A stretch of DNA of 64,000 nucleotides from contig JAUCBJ010008517.1 in assembly GCA_032718475.1 (NCBI GenBank), positions 55,181-119,180 on the forward strand. The letters are read 5' to 3'. This document shows, one piece after another, positions 39,001-54,000 of this stretch. A program made the translations under genes and the position numbers. A model generated the notes under the pieces. That model worked only from the letters and a program-made list of their open reading frames with translations. It was not told the origin of the DNA and did no database searches. The DNA comes from Nemertoderma westbladi. Lineage: Eukaryota; Animalia; Xenacoelomorpha. Every line of letters begins with the position of its first letter. The stretch's first letter is position 1.

Positions 39001-42000
39001 TGGACGTTAATGCCCTGATCTATTTATATTTTATTTGTAGGGTGGTGTGGTGCGGGGTGTGTACTACTCTGTGAGTTCTGTGTTTGTTTGGAGTTGTGGA
39101 GTGACTAAGTGAGTACAGTACTAAATAAAGCGTTGACCTAACCCACTCTCTTACATAATTCCTGTGTGGTCAATATCAATGTACACATATTTTTCTATGT
39201 TATTGAGAAAGTGGTACATTTTCACTTTTAGATAAATCTAGGATAGGTGGAATTTGTGACAATACCCAAAACTTATGACAACTCTCAACCACAGTTTGTT
39301 ATCACCGTTTTTGGGTGTTGTCACAAATGCCACCTATCCATAAATATAAAATATGGCAAGGTACACGTCCGATTTATATTTGATAATAAAATATAGAATG
39401 ATTTACATAGATGGTTATATATATATATTAATAATAAATAAAGTATGTTATCATTAAACAATAAATCCTGTGTTACTGCTGGTGAATAATACCTATAACT
39501 TAATTCACTCTTTCGATTTGTAATTTCGCATGTGACTGACTGCACCACACCCTATTTACCTATTTACAATTTTTATATCATATAATATAATGTATCCTGC
39601 TATGACGACCACATTCTGTCCAATCCCTCGAAATTTTACCTTCGAATATTAATTACATCACCATATCGCCCGCCCACCTTTCAGTTATATTTCTCTATTT
39701 AATCCCAATTGCTATTAATCAATTATTGATTACCTCCAATAATATAGGCAGTCGGGTTTATTACTCCTCAGGCTAATCCTATTATTATACCTCCATATCC
39801 TTCACTCATTACAGCTTAATGATTCTGGTGCGAGTCAGGACAGTGAGCCATCTGCGAACGCTTATAATTAGACTAGAACTGCCTTCCTAATGATTGTGGG
39901 GGTGTGTGTGATTATGTAGGTAACTAATAATTACGGCTTCTAACACGATGGGATTTTGCGGGATACGCTGTTGTTATGATTAAAGCTGTTAGTTGTGGCT
40001 ACATTTCTGTTGAATGTAGGAAGGCCTCAGAAATCGAGACATGTACGTTCGTAGATGTTTCCCTCCATCAGTCCCTCGTTAAAGTTTAAAGGCTAATATA
40101 TTGGAGTCGCTTTTACATCATGCTAAAGACCATAGATGTAACCAACTGTACAGTTCATGTGATACGCAATATCCGCTTATGAATTATGAGGCGGTTATCA
40201 TAGCAAATAAACATACTCACTCACCCGACGTCATTATTTTTTTAATATCACGTTCTCTTTCAAATTTTAACTTTAATTGTCCAGTTTTTGTTTGTTTAAT
40301 ATTGCTTTGCCTACGTGTGTTTGCTTAGATGTAATAGTTACACATCTCGGGCTGTTCTTGCTAAATGGAATGGGGCAATCGCGATAAATCGCCTCCTACG
40401 TATCTCCCGTACAAATCTCTGAAGGCTCTTCTCACTTACGTCATGAATACGTAATGGGCTTCAAAGCGATGTCGTGCTGTATAAACCGAACCCCATTAAT
40501 GCAGTAATGCAATTATCTTGAGAACGGTTCGAGAAAGAGCTTGTAAGTTCGCGCGCGGAATGTTAAGGAACGGAGTAATCGCTATATCGCCACACAGCCC
40601 GATTACTAATCCGCTACGGAAGAAGGAAAAGTCAAATTAAAATGATTTCTCAACTGATCAGGTGCTTCACTAATATTATATAGGCTATACAGGCGCATCG
40701 ATAACCCCGCCACACGCGGCCCAGTAACTATTTCCTTTTACTAAGCGAAACATAACAGCATGAGTTAGAGTTACTACAGTAAGTTAGATGATAATAGTTA
40801 AATCATTTACTGCAGAAAACTTCACTCCTTGGAATATGTGGAAGATTTAACTACCGAAGTTTGTGGGTCTTTGTTAATTATTTTCAGTAAATGAAATACA
40901 GCTGGGCTGATAGTGATAATGGAACTGTAATAAATTATATTTTTGATATAACTTTGTTCAGAATCATGAAGCATGTCACAGGCGGTTGAACCAGCGCTAT
41001 ACGCGCGTTTCGGATTGTTAGGCCTCATCAGTTGTAGTGCTCAAATCCAATTCATTAAATTAATATCACCTGGCTGCAATACTCGAGCTGAATATTTATT
41101 TATTAGTACTTTCCTCCTGTTTCACTCTAACATACTTGAGGCCGGTAGGTCCGCTGTTAGAGATAGGATATGCAATTTATGACTGCCTGTTCTATAGAAG
41201 TGGACCATGACCTACTAAATATATCTTTAGTAGGTCATGAGTGGTCTAAATACGTATATAAAGTCAGTGTCAGTGTCAAGCCAATGTCAGAGGAAAGTGG
41301 CTCAACTGGTGAACCGTTACTGAAGATGCATAATATCCATCAATATCATTCATCAACAATTTAGTGGGTCAGAGTAAAACGCGGATCCGGATCCGCGTTT
41401 TACACCTTCCCCAATTTAGTGTATGCCGTACTTCTGAATTTACTGTCTTACAAGAGTGGTAAACCATAGTTTATATGAGTAATGTCTACGTTTTGTTAAT
41501 GTTTGTTTGTTTATTTTAGTATCCGGATATTAATGTTTGTTTGTTTATTTTTGTATCCGGATATTAATGTTTGTTTGTTTATTTTAGTATCCGGATATTA
41601 ATGTTTGTTTGTTTATTTTAGTATCCGGATATTAATGTTTGTTTGTTTAAAATTTTAGTATCCGGATATTAATGTTTGTTTGTTTATTTTAGTATCCGGA
41701 TATTAATGTTTGTTTGTTTATTTTAGTATCCGGATATTAATGTTTGTTTGTTTATTTTAGTATCCGGATATTAATGTTTGTTTGTTTATTTTAGTATCCG
41801 GATATTAATGTTTGTTTGTTTGTTTTAGTATCCGGATATTAATGTTTGTTTGTTTATTTTAGTATCCGGATATTAAAGTTTGTTTGTTTATTTTAGTATC
41901 CGGATATTAATGTTTGTTTGTTTATTTTAGTATCCGGATATTAATGTTTGTTTGTTTATTTTAGTATCCGGATATTAATGTTTGTTTGTTTATTTTAGTA

Positions 42001-45000
42001 TCCGGCTATTTGTGGTGAATTGCTGCTTTCATTGACGCACAAGTCAGACACCAACAGTCTCATTGTTGGAGTGCTTAAAGCTCGGAATCTCTCGTGTCGC
42101 AACATCACAGGTCTTAACGGTGAGTTTATTAATCATCTGATACTGTGGCCAGTAGTGATGTAGGCGTAGGGATGTAACTGACTAACCTATTCCTAACTAA
42201 TCTTTTCTTTTTTCATGGCATATAAATTATGTTGTTTACGAGACATTACAGTAGCAGCGCAGCACATAGGCAAGAGTTCAAAATAATAATAGATAGAAAT
42301 GAGCAAATGTTTCACCTTGACTCATAGGGAGTTAGTGGCGTGAAATGGTCGAAAATACCATGACGTGTTTAGTGGGTTTATTTAAAAAAAATTATTAAAT
42401 TAAAAAAAAAAAAGAGAAACAGGTTACAGTAGCAGTGTGTTCTAACCAAACCAAAACAATTTTTCTCAACTTGTGCATCTCTATGAACTGAGATTTTGAT
42501 GACGTACCCGATCGAGACCACAAACGATCTTCTTGAGCCAAATATTGATGATCCGATGGCACAGCGATGGTGCTGGCTCATCGGAAGTACGGCTTTAGTG
42601 AGACATCTACAATATCTCATAGGTTCACCATTTTGAAACACATCCAGTATTTGATGGATTACAAGAGTTTAGATTGCATTATGCAATGAAACAATGCACA
42701 CTAGTATTAGTTGATCCTGAAGATGATTTTCAGGGGAAAATTTGAATTTCCCGCCAGTTATTTAAAATATTCTGAGTCCCCAGAATTTAAGTCGAGTTAC
42801 ATTGAAATTTGGCAAGAGGCATCGGTGTGGGTTGCTAAACGTAACATTTTTGAACTTTCGGCCAGAATTATAATTTTAATCTCAAAATCAGACAGCTGAT
42901 ATTTTCGCTGCTGGGGTGTTCGTGGGCGGCGATTTCATTTCCTTACTCAGTTTTGATGTTTAGCGAAATCCATCCTGTCGTCTATCTACCCGTCTGGCTG
43001 TCTGTCGCATGTCGGTTTGGCGAATACTAGTATGATGGGAAACACTTTTTTTTTCAGAAAAATAATGTTTATTTGATTTTTCATGCAATTTTGATGCAGT
43101 ATAATATTATCAAACTAAACAAACAGCTTGAGAACTAATAACTTTCATATTCGGAATCGCCATCAAAATCTACACAAAAATCGACCAAAAACCCTTTTTT
43201 TATATTTTGACCTACAGTATAATTTCAATACAGTCCTTTGGGGAATACTAATTAGGGCTGGCAATCCCGGAGGGTTATTGAAATCCCGGGATTCCGGGAT
43301 CAGAAATGGTCCAATCCCGGGATCCCGGGATTAATCCCGGGATTTAGAATTTCAGGAATAATGTAGGTGAAAAAATACTTGTGTCAATTAATAGCAATGA
43401 ATTTCCTTTTTTTAATATTAATATTAGGTATCTATTACTGATACTGTTAAAGTAGTTAACCTATATTTAACTAATATAAAGTAGTTAACCTATAGTTAAC
43501 TATAGTTAACTACAGCCCATGCACAATAACATTTAGGAATCGCTTGTTGGCCTTTGACGTCCATTCATCCATGGTAATAGTAAACCGTATCCCATGAGAC
43601 TTTGCGCTCAATATTTCAGTTTTGACAATTGTTCGGCATTCTTCAGCGAATTTCTTAATATGCGAACTGACTGAATTATGGCTGAATTATGGTGATATTG
43701 GCAAGGTGTATCCAGACCTTTGAAAAAGACGACGTAAATCACACGATGTCTCGAACACAGAAAATGGAAGGCCATCCACTGCTATTAATCTAGCTAGTAC
43801 TGCATTGAGTGAATATTCCTTGGACCCAAAGTAGTTGTCGATTGTTAAAGTTTTTTGAATAGGCCTTGCTTTATTAGTAGATTTAACCTGAGCTTCAGTA
43901 ATATCAGCGGTGTCGTTTTCATTGGAATTGGCGGTAATCTTCTTTTTAAGAAGGTTGGTATTATGCACGGATTTTAGGTGCGTGTGTAGACCTTTTGTAG
44001 ATCCGCCACCACACTTTATTAACTTGTTGCACGGTGAATCACATACTTGAAATATACACTTAGCTACATCCCAGTGTCTAAGGAAGTTCTGCCATACTCC
44101 TTCAGATTTGAAATGTTTAAACTGTCCATCTGCCATTGTTATTATTTATAGAGGCCAACTCAAATTACCGGTAAAGGACCGGTACAACTAAACTACTGTA
44201 AGTATCAGTATCAGAAGCCTATGTCATTGCATAGACAGGTGCGTCCTACTACCACTCAGCCAGTACTGGCCGGTACCGGTATGCATGCACAGTCCAATCA
44301 CATCCGGTATAGTTTCAGTTTGGCCCTATTTTAACAGTGTTACTGGTTTAGGCCTAGCCCTACCTACATGGACATTACTGTCAACCTGTGGAAATGCTTT
44401 AACCAAAATCCCGAAAATCCCGGGATTTTTGTTCTTGAATCCCGGGATTTAGGGATTGCATTTTATTCCGGGATCCCGGAATCCCGGGATTGCCAGCCCT
44501 AATACTAATGGCTTGATCGTTTGCTTGGCTTCTGATTGGCCGTTACCGCGAGAAATTGTTACTTATATTTACGCCCATGTGAAGAATACCAGGATTTCAC
44601 TTTTCGGTCACCTTTTTATTGGAATTTTATATATGAAGATTTGTTTTTATTTTAATTTAGCTTTATTAAGTGTTTTATAACCTTTACATATGCTAATTCG
44701 TTTATTGTTTTGATTAGATTCAACCCTTCTGTAACCTGTGTTTTTGGTGAAAACCTGGTATTCTTCACATGGAGGTAACTGCAAAGTGAAATATAACTGC
44801 AGAAAGTCTGGTATTTTTAACATGGGCCGTATTTACTTTACTTTATCTTTCTCCGTAACTGTTTTATCACCTTTACCAACTGTACTGCGTGGGACCCTTC
44901 ACATTCCCTGTAGCAAAGACGACAGTAATTACATTATTAGCGACAATAGTAACGAAAAAAATTCTGTACGGCGGGTTGCATTACAATATCCTAGAATGAC

Positions 45001-48000
45001 GGAATAATTTAACTAGGTGCTTCCCTTCTCTGCGCCTACGCATACACTGCATAAATCGAATAATTGAACCGGCTAACCAAACCATATCATATCGTCTGTG
45101 TCCGTAACTACAGCCAACCCAATTATACCAAGATGATGCTGCCAGTACGACTGACCTTTGAGATGTGAGATTAGTCGTGCTTCTTTCTTATCTCAGGCAT
45201 GAGACAGGCGAAACTACTTTCATGTAATTAATGGCTGCATAGATAGGTACCGGTACTGAAGGTAGAGCCAACAACAGCAGAATGACGCATATTGCTTTGT
45301 TTCATTCCTCATTAAAACTCCTTAGGGCTTCATTGACAAACACCTGCAGCTTACCGTGAATGGGGCGGGCATAAATCATCGAATATGAAAGGCTGGCCGT
45401 GCGCAGAGCGAATAGTTTGTGGTTTGTGAGGGGTTATTTGTCACTTTAGTTTCCTTATTTCTGGTTATGGGGAAAGCCGAACATACTTTGTTAGTGACTG
45501 TTATGATCGGCTATGCTTCTTGGGCGCAGTACTGCTCGATAGTGAACTCCCTGATAGAAAGGTACCCAGCCCGAGGCTAGTCGGTGGACTTAGCATTTAC
45601 AACTAAGATTATCGAAGTCACTATCCTTTAATTTCACAATAATCGCAAATCGCAAAATTTGTATACTAACCAAAATGTTAACGTCTTACAATTTATTTAT
45701 TATTATTTATATCACAGTGATTCTATAATTTTGAATCAAAATTGCATTGACGGTAGGTCAACTGTATATGTATGCATATTATACAGATATAAAAAAATAA
45801 AAAATGCGATTAAATAAAAATTATAGCTCACCAACTAAGAAGGAGGTAGGTGAAACTATCTCATTTTCAAATGTTATGCAATCTCATTAAGATTTGTAAA
45901 AAAAATTGGGGGGGGGGGGGGGGGGGGGGTGGTGGTGGGGGGTCCAGGTACCATTATAACGACACTACAGTAGAGTATTATATTCCAGAACGTGGTGTAT
46001 ATATTGTAGGAGGGAGTACTACATTGAACTTATTACCAATTCACAAAGGATTTGTTTCCATTTATAATTATTTCTATCGAATTAGTTTTCTGGAATTAAA
46101 ACTCTTCAATTTCTTTCTTCATTACTATACTACATATGTGTATTAAAAACACAAATTAGACGAATTACTAATTCCGTACATTTCTACCGTTACTGTCCGG
46201 GAGCTATTGTCCAGTCGGTGAGCTACTGTATGGGGTGATTATCCGTGGGATTGTCCGGGGGCTATTGTACGGGGATTAGTATCCGTGGGATTGTCCGGGG
46301 GCTACTGTCTGGGGGTTAAGTATCCGTGGGATTGTCCGGGGGCTACTGTCTGGGGGTTAGTATCCGTGGGATTGTCCGGGGGCTACTGTCTGTGACTGTG
46401 GGGTTAGTATCCGTGGGATTGTCCAGGGGCTACTGTCTGGGGGTTAGTATCCGTGGACTGTCCGGGGGCTACTGTCTGTGGGTTAGTATCCGTGGGATTG
46501 TCCGGGGGCTACTGTCTGTGGGGTTAGTATCCGTGGGATTGTCCAGGGGCTACTGTCTGGGGGTTAGTATCCGTGGACTGTCCGGGGGCTACTGTCTGTG
46601 GGGTTAGTATCCGTGGGATTGTCCGGGGGCTACTGTGTGGGGGTTAGTATCCGTGGGATTGTCCGGGGGCTACTGTCTGGGGGTTAGTATCCGTGGGATT
46701 GTCCGGGGGCTGCTGTCTGGGGGTTAGTATCCGTGGGATTGTCCGGGGGCTACAACTGTCTGGGGGTTAGTATCCGTGGGATTATCCGGAGGCTACTGTC
46801 TGGGGGTTAGTATCCGTGGGATTGTCCGGGGGCTACTGTCTGGGGGTTAGTATCCGTGGGATTGTCCGGGGGCTACAACTGTCTGGGGGTTAGTATCCGT
46901 GGGATTATCCGGAGGCTACTGTCTGGGGGTTAGTATCCGCGGGATTGTCCGGGGGCTACTGTGTGGGGGTTAGTATCCGTGTGATTGTCCGGGGGCTACT
47001 GTCTGTGGGGTTAGTATCCGTGGGATTGTCCGGGGGCTACTGTGTGGGGGTTAGTATCCGTGGGATTGTCCGGGGGCTACTGTCTGGGGGTTAGTATCCG
47101 TGGGATTGTCCGGGGGCTACTGTGTGGGGGTTAGTATCCGTGGGATTGTCCGGGGGCTACAACTGTCTGGGGGTTAGTATCCGTGGGATTATCCGGAGGC
47201 TACTGTCTGGGGGTTAGTATCCGTGGGATTGTCCGGGGGCTACAACTGTCTGGGGGTTAGTATCCGTGGGATTGTGCGGGGGCTACAACTGTCTGGGGGT
47301 TAGTATCCGTGGGATTATCCGGAGGCTACTGTCTGGGGGTTAGTATCCGTGGGATTGTCCGGGGGCTACAACTGTCTGGGGGTTAGTATCCGTGGGATTG
47401 TCCGGGGGCTACTGTGTGGGGGTTAGTATCCGTGGGATTGTGCGGGGGCTACTGTGTGGGGGTTAGTATCCGTGGGATTGTGCGGGGGCTACTGTGTGGG
47501 GGTTAGTATCCGTGGGATTGTGCGGGGGCTACTGTGTGGGGGTTAGTATCCGTGGGATTGTCCGGGGGCTACTGTGTGGGGGTTAGTATCCGTGGGATTG
47601 TGCGGGGGCTACTGTGTGGGGGTTAGTATCCGTGGGATTGTGCGGGGGCTACTGTGTGGGGGTTAGTATCCGTGGGATTATCCGGAGGCTACTGTCTGGG
47701 GGTTAGTATCCGCGGGATTGTCCGGGGGCTACTGTGTGGGGGTTAGTATCCGTGTGATTGTCCGGGGGCTACTGTCTGTGGGGTTAGTATCCGTGGGATT
47801 GTCCGGGGGCTACTGTGTGGGGGGTTAGTATCCGTGGGATTGTCCGGGGGCTACTGTCTGGGGGTTAGTATCCGTGGGATTGTCCGGGGGCTACTGTGTG
47901 GGGGTTAGTATCCGTGGGATTGTCCGGGGGCTACAACTGTCTGGGGGTTAGTATCCGTGGGATTATCCGGAGGCTACTGTCTGGGGGTTAGTATCCGTGG

Positions 48001-51000
48001 GATTGTCCGGGGGCTACAACTGTCTGGGGGTTAGTATCCGTGGGATTGTGCGGGGGCTACAACTGTCTGGGGGTTAGTATCCGTGGGATTATCCGGAGGC
48101 TACTGTCTGGGGGTTAGTATCCGTGGGATTGTCCGGGGGCTACAACTGTCTGGGGGTTAGTATCCGTGGGATTGTCCGGGGGCTACTGTGTGGGGGTTAG
48201 TATCCGTGGGATTGTGCGGGGGCTACTGTGTGGGGGTTAGTATCCGTGGGATTGTGCGGGGGCTACTGTGTGGGGGTTAGTATCCGTGGGATTGTGCGGG
48301 GGCTACTGTGTGGGGGTTAGTATCCGTGGGATTGTCCGGGGGCTACTGTGTGGGGGTTAGTATCCGTGGGATTGTGCGGGGGCTACTGTGTGGGGGTTAG
48401 TATCCGTGGGATTGTGCGGGGGCTACTGTGTGGGGGTTAGTATCCGTGGGATTGTGCGGGGGCTACTGTGTGGGGGTTAGTATCCGTGGGATTGTGCGGA
48501 GGCTACTGTCTGGGGGTTAGTATCCGTGGGATTGTGCGGGGGCTACAACTGTCCTAGAACGAATGAATTAGATCTCGTTTTCTGTGCAATTTATATTGCG
48601 ATTCGAGTTTCGGATTGATCCTTTGTTGTCGGCCGATCTCGCTGGCGCCTCTGCAGTCCTCCATGTTTTCCATACCAACTGGTGTGTGCCCCCCCCCCCC
48701 CCCCCCCCCCACGAATCCTCTAATTTCACACCCCGCGATGTCGCGGGCTGTCGGAGTATTTGAGCCGCCCGCACACCGGGATGTTAATTGATGAATGTGT
48801 AATGTATTGAATTATCCCAGGATATAAGGAATGCTTCTGCGAAGGACAATTTGATCAAATAAAAATTGTCGGTGTGAAATAATTTCCTATTCCGGCCAGC
48901 CTGTCACAGTGTTCGTTAAACACCTTGTGATGCATTAAAAATCAGTTTAAGATTGTCGCATTTCTGTGTGGCTGTTCCTACTAAATTCAATGATTACTTT
49001 TCTTTCAAAATATTTTGTCAAAAAGTTTTTTCAAAATAAATGCATAGTCACAGCGAGCAGAGGATAATTTGAGCCTATGGTCTGAAGTGATTTTAGGTCG
49101 TACTACTACTACTGTACTACTACTACTGTACTACTACTACTATATTATTATTATTATTATTAATATAAATTTACACCATAACTTAGGGGCCGTCCAAGTA
49201 TGACGTCTGCACTTTTCCCCAAAATGTTGACCCCCTCCCTCCCCTAAATCAGATGTCATCAGATAGACGTTGACCCCCCCCCCCCCCCCCCTAAATCAGA
49301 TTAAAAAAAAATTTGTAATAAACTATTATCAGCAGGATAAAGGTATTATATTGCATTGGAGGGGGGGGGGGGGGGGGGGGGGTGCACGGGGGCTGGCTGT
49401 AGTTACATAGCTTATCTATATAGGAAGGTATAGAGTTGTAGTAGGATAGCCTATCGTTTACATACTTCTACCTGATGCGACAGCAGTTTATGAATGATAA
49501 TAAACAAACAAGCTAATAATAGGCCTAAATGAACCAGTACTGCAGTCTTTAACAATCATTAGCTTAGGATTAATGTTTCATTTTCAGGCGAACCCCAGTA
49601 CCTCAGTACCCCAGTAGCACGCGTCCTAATCACTGAAAGATGGTGACTGGTAACTGAAACAGAAGGTCGTGCTAAGGGCCTTCGGGGGCTTCGAACAATT
49701 AAAATAGGCAAGCTATTTACTCTTCTGCTATATCTCTTCTAGCGCCTATAAATGAACATGCTGACGTCAGATTTTGGCTGACCCCCTCCCCTCCCCTCAT
49801 CAGCACGTCATCAGATTTTCCCAACCCCCCCCCCCCCCCCTAAAGTGCTGACGTCATACTTGGACGGCCCCTTAGAACTGAACAAAGACTGCATAGACAA
49901 TTTAACTATAGTATTATATGGTGATGGGGTTTCCCCCATAAGAGATACATTACATACATTTCATACATTACTTAGTTTAAAATATGAGTTAATAATTATT
50001 TAAGGTACATTAAAATACATCGAGTTAAAATTATTACTGTATGTAATTGGTCTCAAAAAGGCCGTGCTAATTATGAGATTAAACGAAGAAGTTAAAAGGG
50101 TCAGAAGACTGGATGTTATATGAAATTAGATATAAATATTTGTATTAAAATAAGATGAAATATATATATACGGACTATAGGCAATCTGTATAATAAGGAT
50201 AAGGCAAGCATTATATATATACAGTATATTATATGAAAATAATAATGTGTCGGTTTGTCGCGGTTTGTCCTTAAACAGACATATCGAGAGACTCATGGGA
50301 TTGTGCTTATTCTCTAAACATATTATGCCACCATACTTATTAACTCCATAAAGCTGCAAAAGCACAATATTATGCACTGGCTGTTCCTCACGGCGAAAGC
50401 CATGTCCTGCAAAGCGGAGGCTGCTCTGTTCTTATATAATAGTACTTTATTCTACTGCTGCCCTAAGTAATCGAACCTTGAGATTAAGTTTTTTTCCATG
50501 GGACTTCCAAATCTTGAACAGACTATTCAATGCTACCCATGCCTTGCCCTTACGTATCTAAAGGTTCCATGAACCAAAGTATCAGAAGACATCCACATGT
50601 TTCCTTCCTTGCAACTTTCCGTGGAGGCCTTGATTGCCGCGGCAATCATGCCGCGGCAAGGCAGATTTCTCAGTTCTGCTATAGCGTGGAGACTAAGTCT
50701 CACCTGGTCACAATAAGACGATGATCGCTAGAGAAAGAAAGGGCGAAGTGTTGTTTAAAGAAAATATATGTCTTACAGTAGTTTATAGATGTCACTTTAT
50801 TTCGAGGCTCGCCCCATTCCCCCACATTCCCGCTTTAATAATTCCCAAAATGTTCTTATTCAATCCGTTTAATGTTGGCCTACCAGTTAATTTATACTAA
50901 TTAAAGCTATGTTTTTACTGAGCTAGATTTAGATATGGAATATTTTTTTCTGAAATAAATATTTATAATTATTATTGCTATACACCTCTAGTTTATTGCA

Positions 51001-54000
51001 CCTCTCATTTATTGTTTTGGTTGCTTTCAACCCACCTATCTCCTCTGTAACATGCTTTGTAAATAACCTGCCTACAAGTACAGTAGGCATGTAGGCCTAG
51101 GTCCCGGTGTAGGCCAGTAGGCGTTGTCACTTGCTACAGTATCCCAATCAACGTTTGAACGCCGATCAACCGATCAGATAACGATCGGAAATAGAGCGCT
51201 CGATCGGAAATACCGAAATAGTGCCTCAGTACCGACGAATCCACTCCTTTATTCGCTCACAATGCACTGCAAGGGCGCTTTACCGTCGACCGTAACTAAT
51301 TCGATTTTGCAATGGGTCAATTAATTGTTCTGATGAATGATTAAAAATATTATTACGCTATTCTGGTTTCTGGTAGCCCGTTTATTATTACATTTTGTAG
51401 AGTATAAACACCATTTAGTCCACAATGATAATTATGTTATATAGCATAATATTTAACAAACATTTATAAATTATTAATTTATTTATATATAAAACCATTT
51501 ACTAATACACAAACATAATGGGAAAAAAACAGTTTATAATTACAATATTGCATGTAATTTTGGATTATTTTTCGTCTACTGTACACTACTGTATTGTATA
51601 TGCTACATATGCGGCATTGGTGTGTTCTACTGTACCACTATAGCTAAAAATGACAATAACTAAATACATGATTGAATAGGTTTCGTGGTCTTTAGGGTGA
51701 ACATCTTAAGGTTAATGAATAGCGCTATTATGTACAGTAGTATTGGGGTAGTTAGGATTATTAATTAGTACTGTATTATATTGTTAATTAATACCTCCGA
51801 AAGCCATGATTGTGAAACTTTATACTTTTGTTAATAAATTTATTATTGCTGACTATTTAATATTTTATTTGATTATTGTGTATAAATCCGCGGTTCAACC
51901 ACGAAATATTTCACGACAATGTATCGCAACGTTTTTGACAATAGACGTGTTAATGGATCAAGTGTCCCTGAAACCTGAGTTGCATACAGTTGTAATCTGA
52001 CTATCTCAATTAGAATTCATCCCCGTCAAACATAAACTCGACATCTTTTATCTGGTGAAATAGAACAAAGATTATTACATTTAACCTACCGCTGCTGCTG
52101 CAATATGAATGATGATACACAATCTTCCTTAGCAAGCTTCCTGTATATCTTTCGAGATGACCTGTCATCTGTCAAAAAAACATTAAGTGTGTGATTGAAC
52201 AACGTTAGGTTGACATGCAGCGAGGTATGCCCTAAGATCAGCAGCTCATTCGATCTGCTGAACTGAAGAATTTTGTCGGTTAATTACTGAGAGTATTCAT
52301 GAATGTGTAATGTATTGAATTAACCTTTCTGAATGGTGCAGATTCTGCCTCAGGTAATAATGTCAAGTTCACTTGCAAGAGTTCTCGGTATGAAATAATT
52401 TCCAATTCTTAAGCAGCTAGAGCAATTGCTAACTCCGAAAAGTAGCCTACTGTAGCGAAACACAAATAATGAACATTGAATTTATTTACACCCCTCCCGC
52501 CAACACAACTCCTTTCAGGAACTTCAGTCGTGCTACACGCTCCAGCTGTTAATCCATTTCCTTTTTTATCTACTTACAATGTTATCTGAAATCGTAGGGC
52601 TATATCAGTCAGTTGTAATGTAAAAACTGTGCATGCATGACGTGCATGGGTGTCATTGGGAGTAGAAAGCGGGTACGATGGGATTGCCAGAGGAACTCCA
52701 ACACACTCAAGGTGAGAAATCCACCTCCCGAGAGATCATTCCGATTTGACTGGCACTCTGTATATTATATATTTTATCATAAAACCTATCAACCATGATA
52801 TTAATTTTATTTAAAATTTATTAAAATTAACTGATTAGACGTGTTATTACCCGTCAGCTATGCTATGACTACTGTATATGGGTTCATCCAAGCACTTAGT
52901 CTGGGTTAATTGTTAATACATTGTACATGTACACACCATGCCCTGGAATATTTAGTGTTGTAATTCGGTGAAAAATAGATAAGAGTAGTTGTAGATCATG
53001 TTGCATCCATGGACAGCTCTAGAGGAACTCTTGGTCGCATCCATAATGATGATCGGCCCATGTTAAGAATACCCATGTTATATTTCACTTTGTAGTTACC
53101 CCCATGTGAAAAGTACCAGGTTTTCACAAAAAAAACAGGTCACAGAAGGGCTGAATCTATCCAAAACAATAAACTAATTAGTATATGTACAGGTTATAAT
53201 CAGAAATAAGCGCTATAAAACACTTAATAAAGATAAATTTAAAAATTAAAAAATCTTCACATATAAAATTCCAATAAAAAGTCAACCGAAAAGTGAAATC
53301 CTGGTATTCTTCACATGGGCGTGATGATCAGTAATAATATAATAATTAATTCGTTATTATCCCTATCCCAGATCCCTATGTACTCGTTACTATGAGTTGC
53401 AATGGAGAGGTGGTAGAGCAGCGCCATACATCGGTACAAACACAAACTCTCAACCCAATCTACAACGAAACGTTAACCTTCAAACTACCAGACGAAGATA
53501 TTGGACTCGATAATGTTTCGTTTACTATTACGGTTAGTTTCCATGTGATTCGCATTTCATTCTATTTTCATAATCGCAGTTAGGCCTAGTATCATGTTTT
53601 CTTTTACCAAATTAATGGACTCATGGTGCTTATGGATGTTGACTCTGAGACGCTAAATATTTTTAAAAATATGTAACATCTAAAACACGTTCGCAAACAA
53701 ATTACGTTAGGGAACAAACAAAATATGATAAAACAATAACTGGTCAATAGGTAAGATACCAGACTCTCTTCTGTTATGTTTCACTTTGCAGTTTACCACC
53801 ATGTTAAGAATACCAGGTTTTCACTAAAAACCCAGGTTACAGAAGGACTGACTTTAACCAAAACAATAAAATAATTATTAGTATTTTTCGGTCGACTTTT
53901 TATTTGAATTTTATATATGAAGATTTTTTATTTTTTTTTAATTTATCTTTATTAAGTGTTTTATAGCGCTTGTTTCTGTCTTATATAACCTGTACAGATA

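Noticed and set aside
41496-42005. Recursive-splicing ratchet points in the acceptor arrays
   Set aside because: The junctions are AG|TA, AG|AG and AG|AA rather than AG|GT, so no donor is regenerated.
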